A stretch of DNA of 64,000 bases from NCBI RefSeq assembly GCF_006345805.1, contig NC_042998.1, positions 5,766,001-5,830,000 of the forward strand, given 5' to 3'. A program made the position numbers and the translations under genes. The number at the start of each line of letters is the position of its first letter. The first letter of the stretch is position 1. Shown here one piece after another: positions 24,716 through 38,486 of this stretch. This stretch comes from Octopus sinensis. Its lineage: Eukaryota. The notes under the pieces are model-generated. The model saw only the letters and a program-made list of their open reading frames with translations, was not told the origin of the DNA and did no database searches.

Positions 24716-25947
24716 TAGATAGATGGCTGGATGGCTGGATGGCTGGATGGCTGGCTAAGATGGATGGATAGACTGACAGACAGACAGATAGATAGATATT
24801 AGTCAATTAATTTTTACAAGGAAAATTTTAACCGTGACTTTGAAGCTGTTGAATCGCAGATCTGTCGTAATTAAGAAATTTGTTTCCCAACAGTGTGATT
24901 TCAGGTTCTGTCTGACTGCATGGAACTTAAGCATCATCTATCATAGCCCTAGGCCAATCAGTGACTTGTGAGATATTTGGTAAATGGAAATTGAAAGAAG
25001 CCCATTGTTTGTTTGTTTGTGTGCGTGTGTGAATGTTTAGAAAACTATGCTGGGTTGGTGTCAATGTCTGCAGCTTTCCGACAAATAGTGATGTAATCAT
25101 TTGCTTTTAGACTGAAATTTGTTGCAGTTTGTTGACATTTCCTACCAATAAATTGTCTGTGTTTTCAGACTGCTCTGCTATGAAATAATAAATAAACCTC
25201 TTAATTGGAAAACAGGTAAGGATTGGTGGCAGGAAGTGCATCTGGACAAAGAAATTTGCCTCTGTTCTACTCCCATCCATGCCACACTAGACTAGGTAAA
25301 CCAACAAACAAACGACAAAACTATATACATACACTCATATATACATACATACACACACACACATGCGCGCATGCACTCACACACACATACACACACATTA
25401 TAATAAGCGGCAAAAATTGATTTTGCACAATGTCAATAGAAAGTATTAAATATATGCTTGCTCTTCTTAGTTGCACATACATTTATTATTTTTTTTCCTC
25501 TGTACTTTTTTTTTTAGTTGTATATATTTTATTTATTTTATTTGGTATTTATTGATAGAGACTTTAATTAGCTGAAATTCCACCAAGTAAACAATCATTT
25601 GGTGAAAAAAAAAAAGAAAAAAGAAGGAAGAAAATATAATTTATTTTGTCAACTATTTGTATTTTCTTGAAATTGTCTCTATGATGTCCTGTTATTGATT
25701 TATTTTATTATGTTTTGTTTTGTTTGTTGTTTTTTGCGTGTTGTTTATTTTTAACTGCCTAGTTAGAAAAAAAAACGAAATTGCCTATTTACTTTTTTTC
25801 TGCTAATTTTACTCTTTTCCTATATTTATCTTGTAAATTGATTTTATGAATTGATAGTGGTATTTTGACAGGAAGGTGTTGCTATCTGTATGTACTTATG
25901 TCTGTATGTTTACTATCTATATCTAACTAATAATAATAATAATAATG

Positions 25948-25986
<39 letters not shown>

Positions 25987-26408
25987 TATCTATAAATAAT
26001 ATTACACTCACTCACACACACATATAGCATATTAATTTACAAGTGGAAAACAACAAACTTTTGGCATAGTAAGAATTATGGAATGGCACCACAAGAATCT
26101 TTGGCTATATCTCCCTCATTCTCACTTAGCCACAATGTATCATTTAACACCTATAAACTAATATGGTATTAATGTTCTCTATCGCTTATGGCATTATGTA
26201 CCCTGTTTGTTTCCACCTGAAGAAGACCATATTTTCTAGCATACAAGTTGAATTTTTGTAACCCAAATCTTCAGCCAAAAACAATTGATTGACTTATACA
26301 CCAAGACAATTTTGGAGGACCAAACATCCTATATATGATGGCTGTCCACTCGTGACTGAGGAAGGCCATTTGCTGACCTTTAGTAACATTATGTGCTCTA
26401 GGACTAAC

Positions 26409-26945
26409 TTATATTTTGCATTTGCAGCTCCGTTGGTAGCTAATGAGCCCTGCTCTTGACAAGCATACACAACTATAAACACTACAAATCAAGCTTTCTC
26501 TGTTTACTATACTAGCAGTGAGCTTTTGAGCAGCACGCTTAAATTCTTCATGCTGAATACATCCTCTTTCAAAGCTGTCGACCCCTTCCTTGACCTGCTT
26601 CCTCCATCTGTGATGATAACAGGCATTGCTCTCCCAATCGGTCTCCTGCATATCACAGGCCTTTAATGAGGGCTTGACACAGTCCTTATAAATCACAGCC
26701 TTGGTTTCCCATATACCATCTGTTTAGGGATCCTGCTATCCGTCATTCTAATAAGGTGTCTAGTCCAACATAACTGGTGCTTGTGCACCATTGCCTCAAT
26801 ACTCAAGATATCAGCTTTCCTCAAGACCTGTGTGTCTGGTAATTTTAAGGTCCAGCCAACATTCAAAATGTGTCTGAGACATCTCTGATGAAAGCTTTGA
26901 AGGACCTTTACATGACGCTTATAGGACCAAACATCCCATATATAC
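26409..26945 (-). mobile_element. RTE-clade LINE 3' fragment
   Basis: KVLQSFHQRCLRHIL...RMTDSRIPKQMVYG; C-terminal finger remnant ICSVYSCVCLSRAGLISYQRSC. Confidence 0.88.
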
Positions 26946-26989
26946 ACACAGGCACACACACATACCTACACATATATCATAGTATGTAT

Positions 26990-27370
26990 ACTCTATACGC
27001 TTTCACTCTTTTACTTGTTTCAGTCATTTGATTGTGGCCTTGCTGGAGCACCGCCTTTAGTCGAGCAAGTCGCCCCCAGGACTTATTCTTTGTAAGCCTA
27101 GTACTTATTCTATCGGTCTCTTTTGCCGAACCACCATCGGTTGTCAAGAGATGTTGGGGGGACAAACACAGACACACAAACCACACACATACATATATAT
27201 ATATGTATACAACGGGCTTCTTTCATTTCCATCTACAAAATCCACTCACAAGACTTTGGTCGATCTGAGGCTATAGTAGAAGGCACTTGCCCAAGGTGCC
27301 ACGCAGTGGGACTGAACCCGGAACCATGTGGATCGTAAGCAAGCTACTTACCACACAGCCACTCCAACGC
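26990..27370 (-). mobile_element. SINE family A
   Basis: matches family A; another copy at 27625-28060. Confidence 0.88.
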
Positions 27371-27872
27371 CCTATATCTTTAGACATATAGTCAAGGTCT
27401 TTACAAATTAAAAAATTACTCAAAATATAACAGAAAAGCATAATATTTTATATTTCAAATGTTACTTAGAAGCTGCACAATGTTTCATCTGGAGAGCAGT
27501 ACAGCCATATCTACATGCATCAAAGTGAAAAACATTATCTGCTTTACATTTTATATTCTTTTATTCCTTTACCTATTCCGTTAGGAAGCAAGCTTCTTAC
27601 CTCACAGCCACTCATGCACCTATATATGCTCTTTTACTCTTTTACTTGTTTTAGTTGTTTGACTGCAGCCTTGCTTGAGCACCACCTTTAGTCGAGCAAA
27701 TCAACCTCAGGACTTATTCTTCGTAAGCCTAGTACTTTATTCTATCGGCCTCTTTTGCCAAACCGGTTGTCAAGCGATGTTGGGGCGACAATCACAGACA
27801 CACAAACATATACACACACATACATACATACATACATACATACATACATACATACATACATACATACATACA

Positions 27873-27908
<36 letters not shown>

Positions 27909-28994
27909 TATATATAAATATAAATATATATATATATATGCGACGAGCTTCTTTTAGCTTCTGTCTACCAAATCCACTCACAAGGCTTTGGTAGGCCTGA
28001 GACTATAGTAGAAGACACTTGCCCAAGGTGCCAGACTGAACCCGGAACTATGTGGTTGGCAACATTGCTGGAATAGGCAATGTTTATTAGTACATATACA
28101 TTTACAAACTTGGGTGTGTGGTTAAGAGGTTTGCTTCTCAACCAAATGGTTTTGTGTTCAATCCTACTTTGTGGCGCCTTAGGCAACATATATATTATAG
28201 TATGTATATCTTTAGAGATACAGCTAAGGTCTTAGCAAATTAAAAAAATTACTCAAAATGTAAACAGAAAAGCATAACAACAACAATAACAATAATAATA
28301 ATAATGATGGAATACTCCTTCTACTTGATGAGTGATAAGTACTAGTTACAAAACTGTGACAGAGGAAGTTGCGTCATTGAAAAGTCAAAGAAATCAGTCA
28401 TAGGTAGTTGTGTCTTTACTTGTCTAACAAAGCCTTGTGAGTGGATTTTGCATATAGAAACTGAAGAGAGCCTATCATATATCACCATCATCATCATCAT
28501 TGTTTAACATCCGTTTTCCATGCTAGCATGGGTTTGACGGTTCGACCGGGGTCTGGGATGACAGGAGGCTGCACCAGGCTCTGATCTGGCAGTGTTTCTA
28601 CAACTGGATGCCCTTCCTAATGCCAACCACTCCGTGAGTGTAGTGGTTGCTTTTCATGTGCCACCGGCACAGGGGCCAGGGGAGGCTGGCAAATGGCCAT
28701 GATCGGTTGGTGCTTTTTACATGATGTATGTATGCATCTATGTAACCGTGTGTATGTATTCATATATGCATGTGTATGTGCACTAGTGTGCATATATAAT
28801 ATATGCATGCATGCTTCACATGATAGTTGCAAATGAGTGCTACCATCAAACAAGCACTATCATACATTTCCAATTTTCAATGAAAACATGCCTGGTCATG
28901 AGGAAGGTGCATGGCTCAGTGGTTCGAGCCACAATCATGAGGTAGTGAGTTTGATTCCCAGACTGGGCCATAAGAGCAGGATGGAGAGCATTCG

Positions 28995-29235
28995 GCTCAG
29001 TGAAGGATGTGCTGAAGGCAAACCTAGACAGGGCAACTCATGCTATTCTCTTCAACAGAACAGTTTTAACAGCAATGCTATATGCATGTGAGACTTGGGC
29101 CTTGACAAGGAGAGAACAACAACATCTTCTTATGGTGCAGAGAGCCAAGGAAATGTCGATGATGGGAATTTCACAAAGAGATTACACTCAAAATGAAAAG
29201 ATCAGGGACAGAACTGGAGTGAAGGGCTTTGTTGC
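28995..29235 (+). mobile_element. RTE-clade LINE fragment
   Basis: VLTAMLYACETWALTRREQQHLLMVQRAKEMSMMGIS...NEKIRDRTGVK. Confidence 0.85.
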
Positions 29236-29699
29236 AGAATACCTATTTCTTTACTACCCACAAGGGGTTAAACACAGAGAAGACAAACAGATTAAGTCGA
29301 TTATATTGACCCCTGTACATAACTGGTACCTATTTAATCGACCCTGAAAGGATGAAAGGCAAAGTCGACCTCGGCGGAATTTGAACTCAGAACGCCAAAT
29401 ACCACCACACAAAGCTAGAACAGGCCAGTCATGTCACAAGGTTCACAAATTTAATAGTGATAGAAAATGTTGGTAGATACTAAAACTTGAAAAAGAATTA
29501 AGTTTTTTTTTTTTATATTCATAACTAAATTTTTGCCAGTCAAAAGCTACTGATGTGTATATTGATAAATAAATAGTTCAACAGAATGTCAGAGTATTGT
29601 AATTCATTTTATTCTGATGAAGACTGAAGTCAAATGTACAGCTTTTGATTGTTTTTCCTTTGCCAATTCTTGAATACGCAAAGGCATCTTTAAGAGGGC

Positions 29700-30100
29700 A
29701 CATCATCGTTTAACATCTGCTTTCCATGCTAGCATGGGTTGGACGATTTTGACTGAGGACTGGTAAACCAGATGGCTGCACCAGGCTCTAATCTTGATCT
29801 GGCAGAGTTTCTACAGCTGGATGCCCTTCCGAATGCCAACCACTCTGAGAGTGTAGTGGGTGCTTTTTATGGGCCACCAGCACGGGGGCCTGTCAGGCAG
29901 TACTGGCAATGACCTCGCGCAAATCTTTTCACAGATACCACCAGCACAGGTGCCAGTAAGGCGACGCTGGTAACGATCATGCTTGAATGGTGCCCTTTTA
30001 TGTGCCACCGGCACGGAAGCCAATTAGCTGCTCTGGCAACGATCATGCTCGGATGGTGCTCTTGGCACCCTACTAGCACAGGCACAAGTGCCAGTAAGGC
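29700..30100 (-). mobile_element. SINE family C
   Basis: tail and core match; diverged internal repeat units. Confidence 0.82.
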
Positions 30101-30534
30101 ACAATACCCATCATTTTCCACTTCTAATCTACTTCTTTGACAGAGAACCAAGATATGAGGCAAGTTAATGTACTCAAGAAGACCCACCCACCCACCACTA
30201 CAGAATCGAGATCCTAAAGCACTTGTGTGGGTGTAAAAAGTACTGGTGATGGTGCCATGTAAAAAGCACCCAGTACACTCGGTAAAATGGTTGGCATTAA
30301 GAAGTGCATCCAGCTATAGAAACCAAGCCAAACCAGACTATGAAACCTGGTATGGCCCTTGGCCTTGCCAGTTCCTGCCAAAGCCTTCCAACACATGCCA
30401 GCATGGAAAAACGGATGTTAAATGTTGTTGATGATGATGATGATGATGTTTAAAAGCCAGACTTGCAACGATATGTCGATGCATATAGAATCTATGCTTG
30501 TATAACACTTGCTTACTTTTTTTTTTTTGGTTAG

Positions 30535-30870
30535 GAATTACACATGAAAGGCTAAAATTTCAACTTCAGATGCATCTTGACAATCATCAAGAACGTTTTG
30601 GATGGATAATTCACAGTGGAACTCTGTCAGGGACCAAATAATTGTTCGTGTGGTGAAAATCTTGCTGTCAAATGATAAATGTTTAAGTACAGTTAAAATT
30701 TTTGAATGCTTTTGAGCGGCCAATACGTGCCTTCCATGATGTAAACGTTCAGTTTCAACTCAATTTCTCAGATCAAATCACTTGTCAGAAAAGTACGTTT
30801 CTGATATTTAGATGAATTTCTCAGTAAATTCAATACACCATCATTGAATTCAAGAGATAGCCATCATCTT
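30535..30870 (-). mobile_element. Highly degenerate RTE/L2-like LINE relic
   Basis: RIGRSKAFK and TTRTII...EVEILAFHV resemble the post-RT segment of RTE LINEs; many stops. Confidence 0.45.
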
Positions 30871-31011
30871 TTAATGTTCACTTTTCCATTCTTGCATAGT
30901 TTATTTGACAGTTTATTTGAGGCAGATTTTTCTGTAGCTAGAGGCTCTTCCTGTCACCAGTCCTTACTTGTTTCTGTTATGGGCATAATAATAATAATAA
31001 TAATAATAATA

Positions 31012-31062
<51 letters not shown>

Positions 31063-31079
31063 TAATAACAACAGCAACG

Positions 31080-31400
31080 ACAGAGTGGAGGATCGCGGTT
31101 TCGATTCCCAGACTGGGAGTTGTGTGTGTTTATTGAGCGAAAACACCTAAAGCTCCACGAGGCTCCAGCAGGGGGTGGTGGCGACCCCTAGTGTACTCTT
31201 TCACTCCAAACTTTCTCTCACTCTTTCTTCCTGTTTCTTGTCCCCGACTTCCTATGCAACTGCTGAGCCTGGATGAACATTCATCCATCCGTCGATGCTC
31301 TCGGTGTCGGGGGTTGATCTGATTTCTCTTCTGCGGGTCTTATGAATAGCAAAGGACCATGTTTCAGACTTCTCCCACCAACAAACAAACAAACAAACAA
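31080..31400 (+). mobile_element. SINE family E, 5'-truncated
   Basis: gcggtttcgattcccagac...gtgtttattgagcgaaaacacctaaagctccacgaggctcc. Confidence 0.75.
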
Positions 31401-31484
31401 ACAAGCAGCAGCAGCAACAACAACAACAACAACAACAACAATAATGGAACACTCCTTCCACTTAATGAGTGGTATGTGCTAGTT

Positions 31485-31751
31485 CTTCTTGTCTTGAGAC
31501 AGCATTCACCCGGGGTGGGTTGAGCTGGCTTCATTCATCCTCAATGCTGCATCTCTCACAAACGCCAACCAGATCTGGCGATTTGAGGCTAATGACCACG
31601 TGATCTCCAACCACTCCTTATTCCAGCGGCGAACGTTGGGTTCCAGATCAGCCTTGACAGTCATCAGCCAGGTTTTTCGTTGTCCACCACATCACTTTCG
31701 CCAACCCTGAAAGGGATCTGGGGCAATTGCTTCATAGATGAATTAAGCGAT
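31485..31751 (-). mobile_element. 5'-truncated RTE LINE with 12-bp TSD
   Basis: GGQRKTWLMTVKADLEP..RRWNKEWL..LASNRQIWLAFVRDA; TSD tatgtgctagtt at 31473-31484 and 31752-31763. Confidence 0.9.
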
Positions 31752-32059
31752 TATGTGCTAGTTACAAAACTGTGATGTAGGAAGTAGAGCTGTTGAGAAG
31801 TCAGTGAAATCAGTCATAGATAGTTGTGTCTTTACTTGTCCAACTAACTACACTGCTATACCGAAATGGACATTATAACAGTCTGATGTTGGATTATAAC
31901 AGTTTCCAAGCAAGATAATAATTCCCCAAGGCCAGACAAGTTCTTGCAGAATTTAGGAAATCAATGACACTGCTTGTAAGACAGTGACACTCATTTACAA
32001 CTCTATCATATTATGTCAAAACAAGGAGATAAACACACACACACACACACAATATTAGC

Positions 32060-32430
32060 CGAATTAATTTTTTTTAAGGCTATGAAATGCTGCAAATTTT
32101 TTTTCTCTTTTGTAAATTTTGGAAATGCTCGGTCTCAACAGCTTGCAACAAGTATTGATGGCATTCTCAAACACTGAAATGTTCTTGAAACTGGCTTTTC
32201 CATTCCAATATTCTAGTTTACTCATGAAAGCTTTCAAAAAAATTATTGAATTTTATAATATTTGTATTCGTTCCTTCATCTGCAGATTGAGTTTCTTCAA
32301 CTGCTGAAAATATCAATCAATCAGGCAAGGAGCATGATCCATTATTTTGTCATTCAGCCAAGCAAAAAATTTCATCTTCTTCCAAATTTAAAGAAATAAG
32401 TCAGGCTCACCTTTGCGCTCAAATATTTCT
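32060..32430 (-). mobile_element. hAT (Charlie/Buster-like) transposase fragment
   Basis: with frameshifts: DIFQQLKKLNLQM(Q)GTNTNIIKFNNFLKAFMSKLEYWNGKASFKNISVFE. Confidence 0.75.
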
Positions 32431-32751
32431 TTTGTCCTTAATCTTTTGCTTCAGTCATTAGACTGTGGCCATGCAGGGGGTACCACCTTGATGGTTTTTA
32501 GTTAAATGAATTGACCCAGCATTTTAATTTTTAAAGTTTGGTACTTATTTAATCAGTCTCTTTTGCCAAATCTCTAATCTATGGGGATGATAACAAACCA
32601 ACATCGATTGTCAAGTGACACAGACATTCTCAGAAATGTACACACACACACACACACACTGATAACTATAGTAGAAAACACTTGCCCAAGATTCACACAA
32701 TAAAACTGAATCCAAAAGCCATATGATTGCAAAGCAAGCTTCTTAAACATA

Positions 32752-33240
32752 TCATCATCATCATTGTTCGACCGTGGTTGAGACAATGGAATTTACCATG
32801 CTACGCCAGACTTCACAGTCCATCATAGCATTACGGAGGTCCTGTTGCTGGATGCCTGTAACCCTGGAGATTACATCAGGGTAGGAGAGTGTGCGCCCTC
32901 TGGTGTTGCGAGTAGATGGCTTCCAGAGGAGGAGAGTAGAAATTACCTCTTTTTCAGCTCTACAACAATGTCCAGCAAACTGGACTCTCCTACCTTTCAC
33001 AAGAGATGACACAGGTGGTAGTTTCCCATATATTTGCATTTTGGTTGGATGGCGCTTCCACGAGAGATTTTGAGCTCTCATAAGGAGGCGAGTGTAGGTT
33101 CTTAAACATATGGACATGCCAATGCCGTGTTCATTAAGGTTTCTATCTGAAATCCATGGAACATTTGTGTGAGAGTCACTGGCATCCGTGTCACTGCTTG
33201 AAAAATCTTGATTTTAATGTTTCTCCTTTGACAAAATTTG
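32752..33240 (-). mobile_element. RTE-clade LINE 3' end with (GAT)n tail
   Basis: KIKIFQAV...TYTRLLMRAQNLSWKRHPTK...RRVQFAGHC...RGRTLSYPDVI...SIVSTTVEQ*. Confidence 0.9.
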
Positions 33241-33299
33241 CAATTAGAATTGTTTGATAAAAACCCTTCCGTGGAAGTATTTTGGAAGCCAGTGACTCT

Positions 33300-33800
33300 T
33301 GGTGGATCATATAATGATTGTAGTTCAGTTCTTAAGCTTGCCTTTCCATGCACTTGAAATTTGGATTTTGTTCCCAACATAGGTGGTACTCTATCTGAAC
33401 AGCATCCACAGAAATTACTGAAGCTGCTTATGTTATAGCACCAAGTGTAGTGAAGCGGAAAGAAAAAAAAAAGCACATACAATCAGGGAAATTTTGATCA
33501 AACTTTGTGCTCTCAAAATTGATGGGAAATGGTTTTGGAGGTAAAACTTGCAGTGGGTTTTTTTATCAAAAGACGCTTTTCAAAGGATAATCAATGACAT
33601 ACCCCTTGACACCATGAATCAGTTTGTACAGGCAATCTAGCCTGCAGCACTTCATTTGTTTTCAGTTTGGCTTCAGGAATCTATAATTTAGCATCTTCTT
33701 TCCGGTTGCTGGAGTTTGCAAGGTTAATTTAAAGAGGATCTTCTCTTTCATTCTCATCTTGAAACAACCATCAACTATCTTAGATATTTTAGAAAAAAAA
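33300..33800 (-). mobile_element. Possible CR1/L2 LINE 3' relic
   Basis: CRLDCLYKLIHG and SDRVPPM resemble CR1 C-terminal motifs. Confidence 0.4.
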
Positions 33801-33980
33801 TTTCATCTTTCATAAAGCCATAAAATCGAAGGATCTTAACTCTAAAACTCAAACATTTAATTACAAATCTCACTAAACTGGTTTATAAGGGAAAGTAGTA
33901 GACCCCAAGCAAATATAGAACTCTGACGAAATCAAATACTGAAAGCATATTCACAAGATGGTAATGTGCATACCTAAATA

Positions 33981-34592
33981 CTAGCAGTATTGGCCGGCAT
34001 TGCTCAGGTTTGTTGTGACCCTTTAGAATTGGAATTTTTGAAAAGTAAAAATTTTGCATTATCTAGCTTGTTATTCTCATTAAGTGAACATTTTTCTGGT
34101 TGAAATACACCGAAAAATGGCGACACAGCAGTCAAAAAATCGTAAAAAATAAGGATTTTCATAGAAAAAAAGCACCTTTTTGATGTAAATAATTTTTGGT
34201 GTTAACATGGTCCGATTTGAATTTTATCTTCTACGGAATGAAGAGCAAGCCTTCTATCATACTCACAATTTTGGTCAACTTGCACCACAGGGTCTCAGAG
34301 GAGATAATGTTAAATGAAGGCTACCAAACATGTCATACACAGACAACTTCAGCTTTATATACTCTTTACTCTTTTACTCTTTTACTTGTTTCAGTCATTT
34401 GACTGCAGCCATGCTGGAGCACCGCCTTTAGTCGAGGAAATCGATCCCGGGACTTATTCTTTGTAAGCCCAGTACTTATTCTATCGGTCTCTTTTGCCGA
34501 ACTGCTAAGTGACGGGGACGTAAACACACCAGCATCGGTTGTCAAGCGATGTTGGGGGGACAAACACAGACACACAAACATATACACACACT

Positions 34593-34624
<32 letters not shown>

Positions 34625-34794
34625 TATACGACAGGCTTCTTTCAGTTTCCGTCTACCAAATCCACTCCAAGGCATTGGTCGGCCCGGGGCTATAGCAGAA
34701 GACACTTGCCCAAGATGCCACGTAGTGGGACTGAACCCGGAACCATGTGGCTGGTTAGCAAGCTACTTACCACACAGCCACTCCTATATATAGA
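33981..34794 (-). mobile_element. Non-autonomous Helitron with nested SINE
   Basis: minus strand A|TCTATATA...aaagctgaagttgtc ... cctgagcaatgccgg hairpin, ctgCTAG|T. Confidence 0.8.
34352..34785 (-). mobile_element. SINE family A inserted in the Helitron 5' TA run
   Basis: full family A copy with tatata on both sides. Confidence 0.9.
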
Positions 34795-35459
34795 TAAGCC
34801 TGGTGTTCTTCCAGGATTCTATTAATACAACACACAGCTTCGGCTTCCACATCTTCTTCCTTAGTATATAGCAATGGTTCTTTTATTTGTGTTATCTTTC
34901 CAGAGATGAATGAGCTTTGGTCGTACATTACCAAGTTTTTGTAACCGTATCAACTTGTATCTCATGAATTGACGTTAGTACTTGTCACGAGATTTCATTT
35001 ATTTCATTTAGTTACCAAGTAAGCTTGGTAGGGTTTTTTTTTTTTTTAACCACCTCCAAGACAGCTACTGTTATAATGCATCCTTTAACATCAACTATAA
35101 GACTTCTTTTATACCAGAAACTAAGTATTTGCTTTCTAACACCTAAAAGCTATAGACTGAACTCTGCGTAAAATAAATTTCCTTCGGTGTAGAAATAAAT
35201 AAATAAATAAATAAATACTTGTATTACATCATGTGAGGTGAGGTGAAAAAGTAAAAGGTTATATGATAAAGTCCAAATGGTTTGTTTGTTATTAAATGTA
35301 TTTTATATTGAAGTTTAAAACACAATGCAGCATATTGACAGATTTTTACCAAATAGAAGATTTATTGAATTCCGTGAACAGAAATATTGTTTTGTAGTAA
35401 TACAACAATGTTAAAGATGTCAAATACATAAGAGAAAATACTTGGAAACAAGTCCCCAC

Positions 35460-35608
35460 CACCACACACACACACACACACGCATACACACACACTCACA
35501 CACACTCACACACACACACACACACACTCTCACACACTCACACACACATATACACACACTCACACACACTCACACACTCACACACACACTCACACACTCA
35601 CACACACA

Positions 35609-35645
<37 letters not shown>

Positions 35646-35849
35646 ACACACACACACACTCACACACACTCACGCACACACACACACACACTCTCACATA
35701 CTCACACACACACACATATACACACACTCACACACACTCACACACACACTCACACACACTCACGCACACACACACACACACTCTCACACACTCACACACA
35801 CACACACACCACTCACACACACTCACACATGCACACACACACTCACACA

Positions 35850-35880
<31 letters not shown>
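35460..35880. repeat. (CA)n/(CTCACA)n microsatellite
   Basis: direct inspection. Confidence 0.95.
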
Positions 35881-36430
35881 GAACGCACTGCTCCCTCAGT
35901 GATCTCCGTTTCTTTGCTAAACCATACACATAATACGCAACTCATACGTTCACATGCAAAGACTCACACACATACATTTATGAATTGTTTTTTGGGGTTT
36001 TTTTTTCAAATATTGCTTTATCAAATCAAAATTACATTTGAATCAATTGACGAATACACAATTGCATTTAATTACTATATCACATTAATTTATTAATGAA
36101 TTTATTATGAATGAAATTGAACATTCTATGGGTGTCTGGGTTAATTTTTTTCACAAAAATTAAGTGAATCTAAAATATTAAATAATATAATATTATTGGT
36201 ACGCAGCAAAATACCAATATTACTGCTGCCATTGAGGTGGTGAGCTGGCAGAAACGTTTAGCAGCATTTTGCCTGTCTTTACATTTCTGAGTTCAAATTC
36301 CACCGAGGTTGACTTGGCTTTTCATCCTTTCAGAGTCAGTAAAATAAGTACCAGTTGAACACTAAGGTTGATGTATTTGATTTATCCCCTCCCCTGAAAT
36401 TGCTTGCTTTGGGCCAAAATTTGAAATCAA

Positions 36431-36464
<34 letters not shown>

Positions 36465-36467
<3 letters not shown>

Positions 36468-36708
36468 TAGTTTTATTTTTATAGCGTGCTTTCACTTCAC
36501 TACCGAGCGCAGCTCTGTGTGCCTTGGGTATGTGCTGTGATTTGTTGTGATGCTCTGATGGTTATTGTATGGAAAGTGATCTGCGTAGGATGTGTGCAGT
36601 GCCTAGTAGTGCAATTTTCTGTATGTTATATGTGTTTGTAAGTCCTGGTGTTTTTGTAATGTATTTGTCTGAATATTTTTTTATCATGTCTAATGCACCT
36701 ACTATGAT
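36465..36708 (-). mobile_element. Dong/R4 3' end (subfamily A)
   Basis: IVGALDMIKKY...QKIALLGTAHILRR plus the same 3' UTR as the long copy; microsatellite flanks. Confidence 0.92.
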
Positions 36709-36727
36709 AATAATAATAATAATAATA

Positions 36728-36765
<38 letters not shown>

Positions 36766-37015
36766 CATTAAAGCAGCAAGCTCATAGAATTATTAGCTTG
36801 TGGGGCAAAATGCTTAGTGGAATTTTATCCATCTTTATGTTCTGAGTTCAAATTCCACCAAGGGTGACTGCCTTTCATCCTTTTGAGGTCGATTAGATAA
36901 GTACCAATTGGGGACTGGGCTTGATGTTATTGACTTATTCCTCCCCCAAAATTGTTTGCCCTGTGCTAAAATTTGAAACTGATATTATTATTATTATTAT
37001 TATTATTATTATGCT

Positions 37016-37405
37016 TTTTCCTTCTTTCTTCAAATTTTCTTCCGTTTCTCGCCGAGTGTTTTCCATACACCTAGGGCAGAGAAGGGCATTGTATGCATTC
37101 CAAGATTACATGCGCAAATTCACAGATAAAATATGTATTTAAAAATTAATAAATAAATAAATTCATGAATAGATGTTATTTTCACAGCGATAGTGCTCTT
37201 CTTAGTACATGAGCCGTTCCAGTTAATACGATTTTTTGCACTTCTTGTAGGGATGGTAAGCCTGGAATCATTTTCAAATAGGTTTCAGTACCTTTTTTTA
37301 TCATTCCTAGAGATCCTACAATCACTGGTACTGTAGTCGCCTTGAGATGCCACATTTTTTCAATTTCTATTAGCAAGTCTTTATATTTACTAATCTTATC
37401 AAATT
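37016..37405 (-). mobile_element. Dong/R4 3' end (subfamily B)
   Basis: IEIEKMWHLKATTVPVIVGSLGMIKK...QKIVLTGTAHVLRR; distinct 3' UTR; (ATT)n flanks. Confidence 0.88.
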
Positions 37406-37472
37406 ATTATTATTATTATTATTATTATCATTAGAGTAGTGAACTACCAGAATTAGTAATATTTCGGAAAAA

Positions 37473-37532
<60 letters not shown>

Positions 37533-37762
37533 CATTAGAGTAGTGAGCTACCAGAATTAGTAATATTTTGGAAAAAATGCTTAGCAGCATTTCTTCCAGA
37601 GTTTTATGTTCTGAATTCTAAAACCACCAAAGTCAGCTTCACCATTCATCCTTTCAGGATTAATAAAATGAAGTACAAGATAAATTGGAATAGATGTAAT
37701 CAACAAGTTCCCTTCTCCAAATTTTAGGTCTTCTACCTATATTAGAAACACAATTATTATTA

Positions 37763-37796
<34 letters not shown>

Positions 37797-37879
37797 TGTC
37801 GTCGTTGTTGTTGTTATTATTATTATTATTGTTATAATAATAATAATAACTATTATTATTATTATTATTATTATTATCA

Positions 37880-38250
37880 TTTTTTCTTCTTCTTTCAAAT
37901 TTGCTTCCATTTCTTGCCGAGTGTCTTCCCGACTCCTAGGGCAAAGAAACTCAGAGTATACATTGGTAGGCCATTAAACTAAACTCACTAGTTTGTTCAT
38001 TTTTTTTTTTTGATAGAAATGAAGTTAAATTAAAATACATGGGTAGTAATAGTTCTCACATCGACAATTGCTGTTCTCAATACGTGTGATGTACCAGTTA
38101 AGACAATCTTTTGCACTTCTTGCAGGGATGGTAAGCCAGGGATCATTCTCATATAATTTTCAGTTCCCTTCTTGATCATTCCTAGTGCTCCTACGATCAT
38201 TGGTATTGTAACCGCATAGAGATGCCACATTTTCTCAATTTCAACGTTGT
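37880..38250 (-). mobile_element. Dong/R4 3' end (subfamily C)
   Basis: VEIEKMWHLYAVTIPMIVGALGMIKK...QKIVLTGTSHVLR; third type of 3' UTR. Confidence 0.88.
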
Positions 38251-38311
38251 TGTTTTTTTTGTTTTTTCTTCTTCTTCTTCTTCTTCTTCTTCTCTTCTTC
38301 TTCTTCTTCTT

Positions 38312-38342
<31 letters not shown>

Positions 38343-38345
38343 TTA

Positions 38346-38385
<40 letters not shown>

Positions 38386-38486
38386 TATTATTATTATTAT
38401 TCTTCTTCTTCTTATTATTATTATTATTATTATCATTATTATTATTATTATATGATTGACTTTTGCTTTGCATTTGTACACGCTGA

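Noticed and set aside
25169-25215. Plus-strand exon candidate ttttcag...cag|gtaagg
   Set aside because: The donor region runs into ggtggcaggaagtgcatc, the decayed core of a SINE tail.
33102-33482. 126-aa minus-strand ORF as a host gene
   Set aside because: Chimeric read-through of a LINE relic into the RTE fragment (KIKIFQAV).
33602-33679. 78-nt minus-strand exon candidate with gtatgt donor
   Set aside because: Weak acceptor, and another frame reads CRLDCLYKLIHG, which fits a CR1/L2 relic better.
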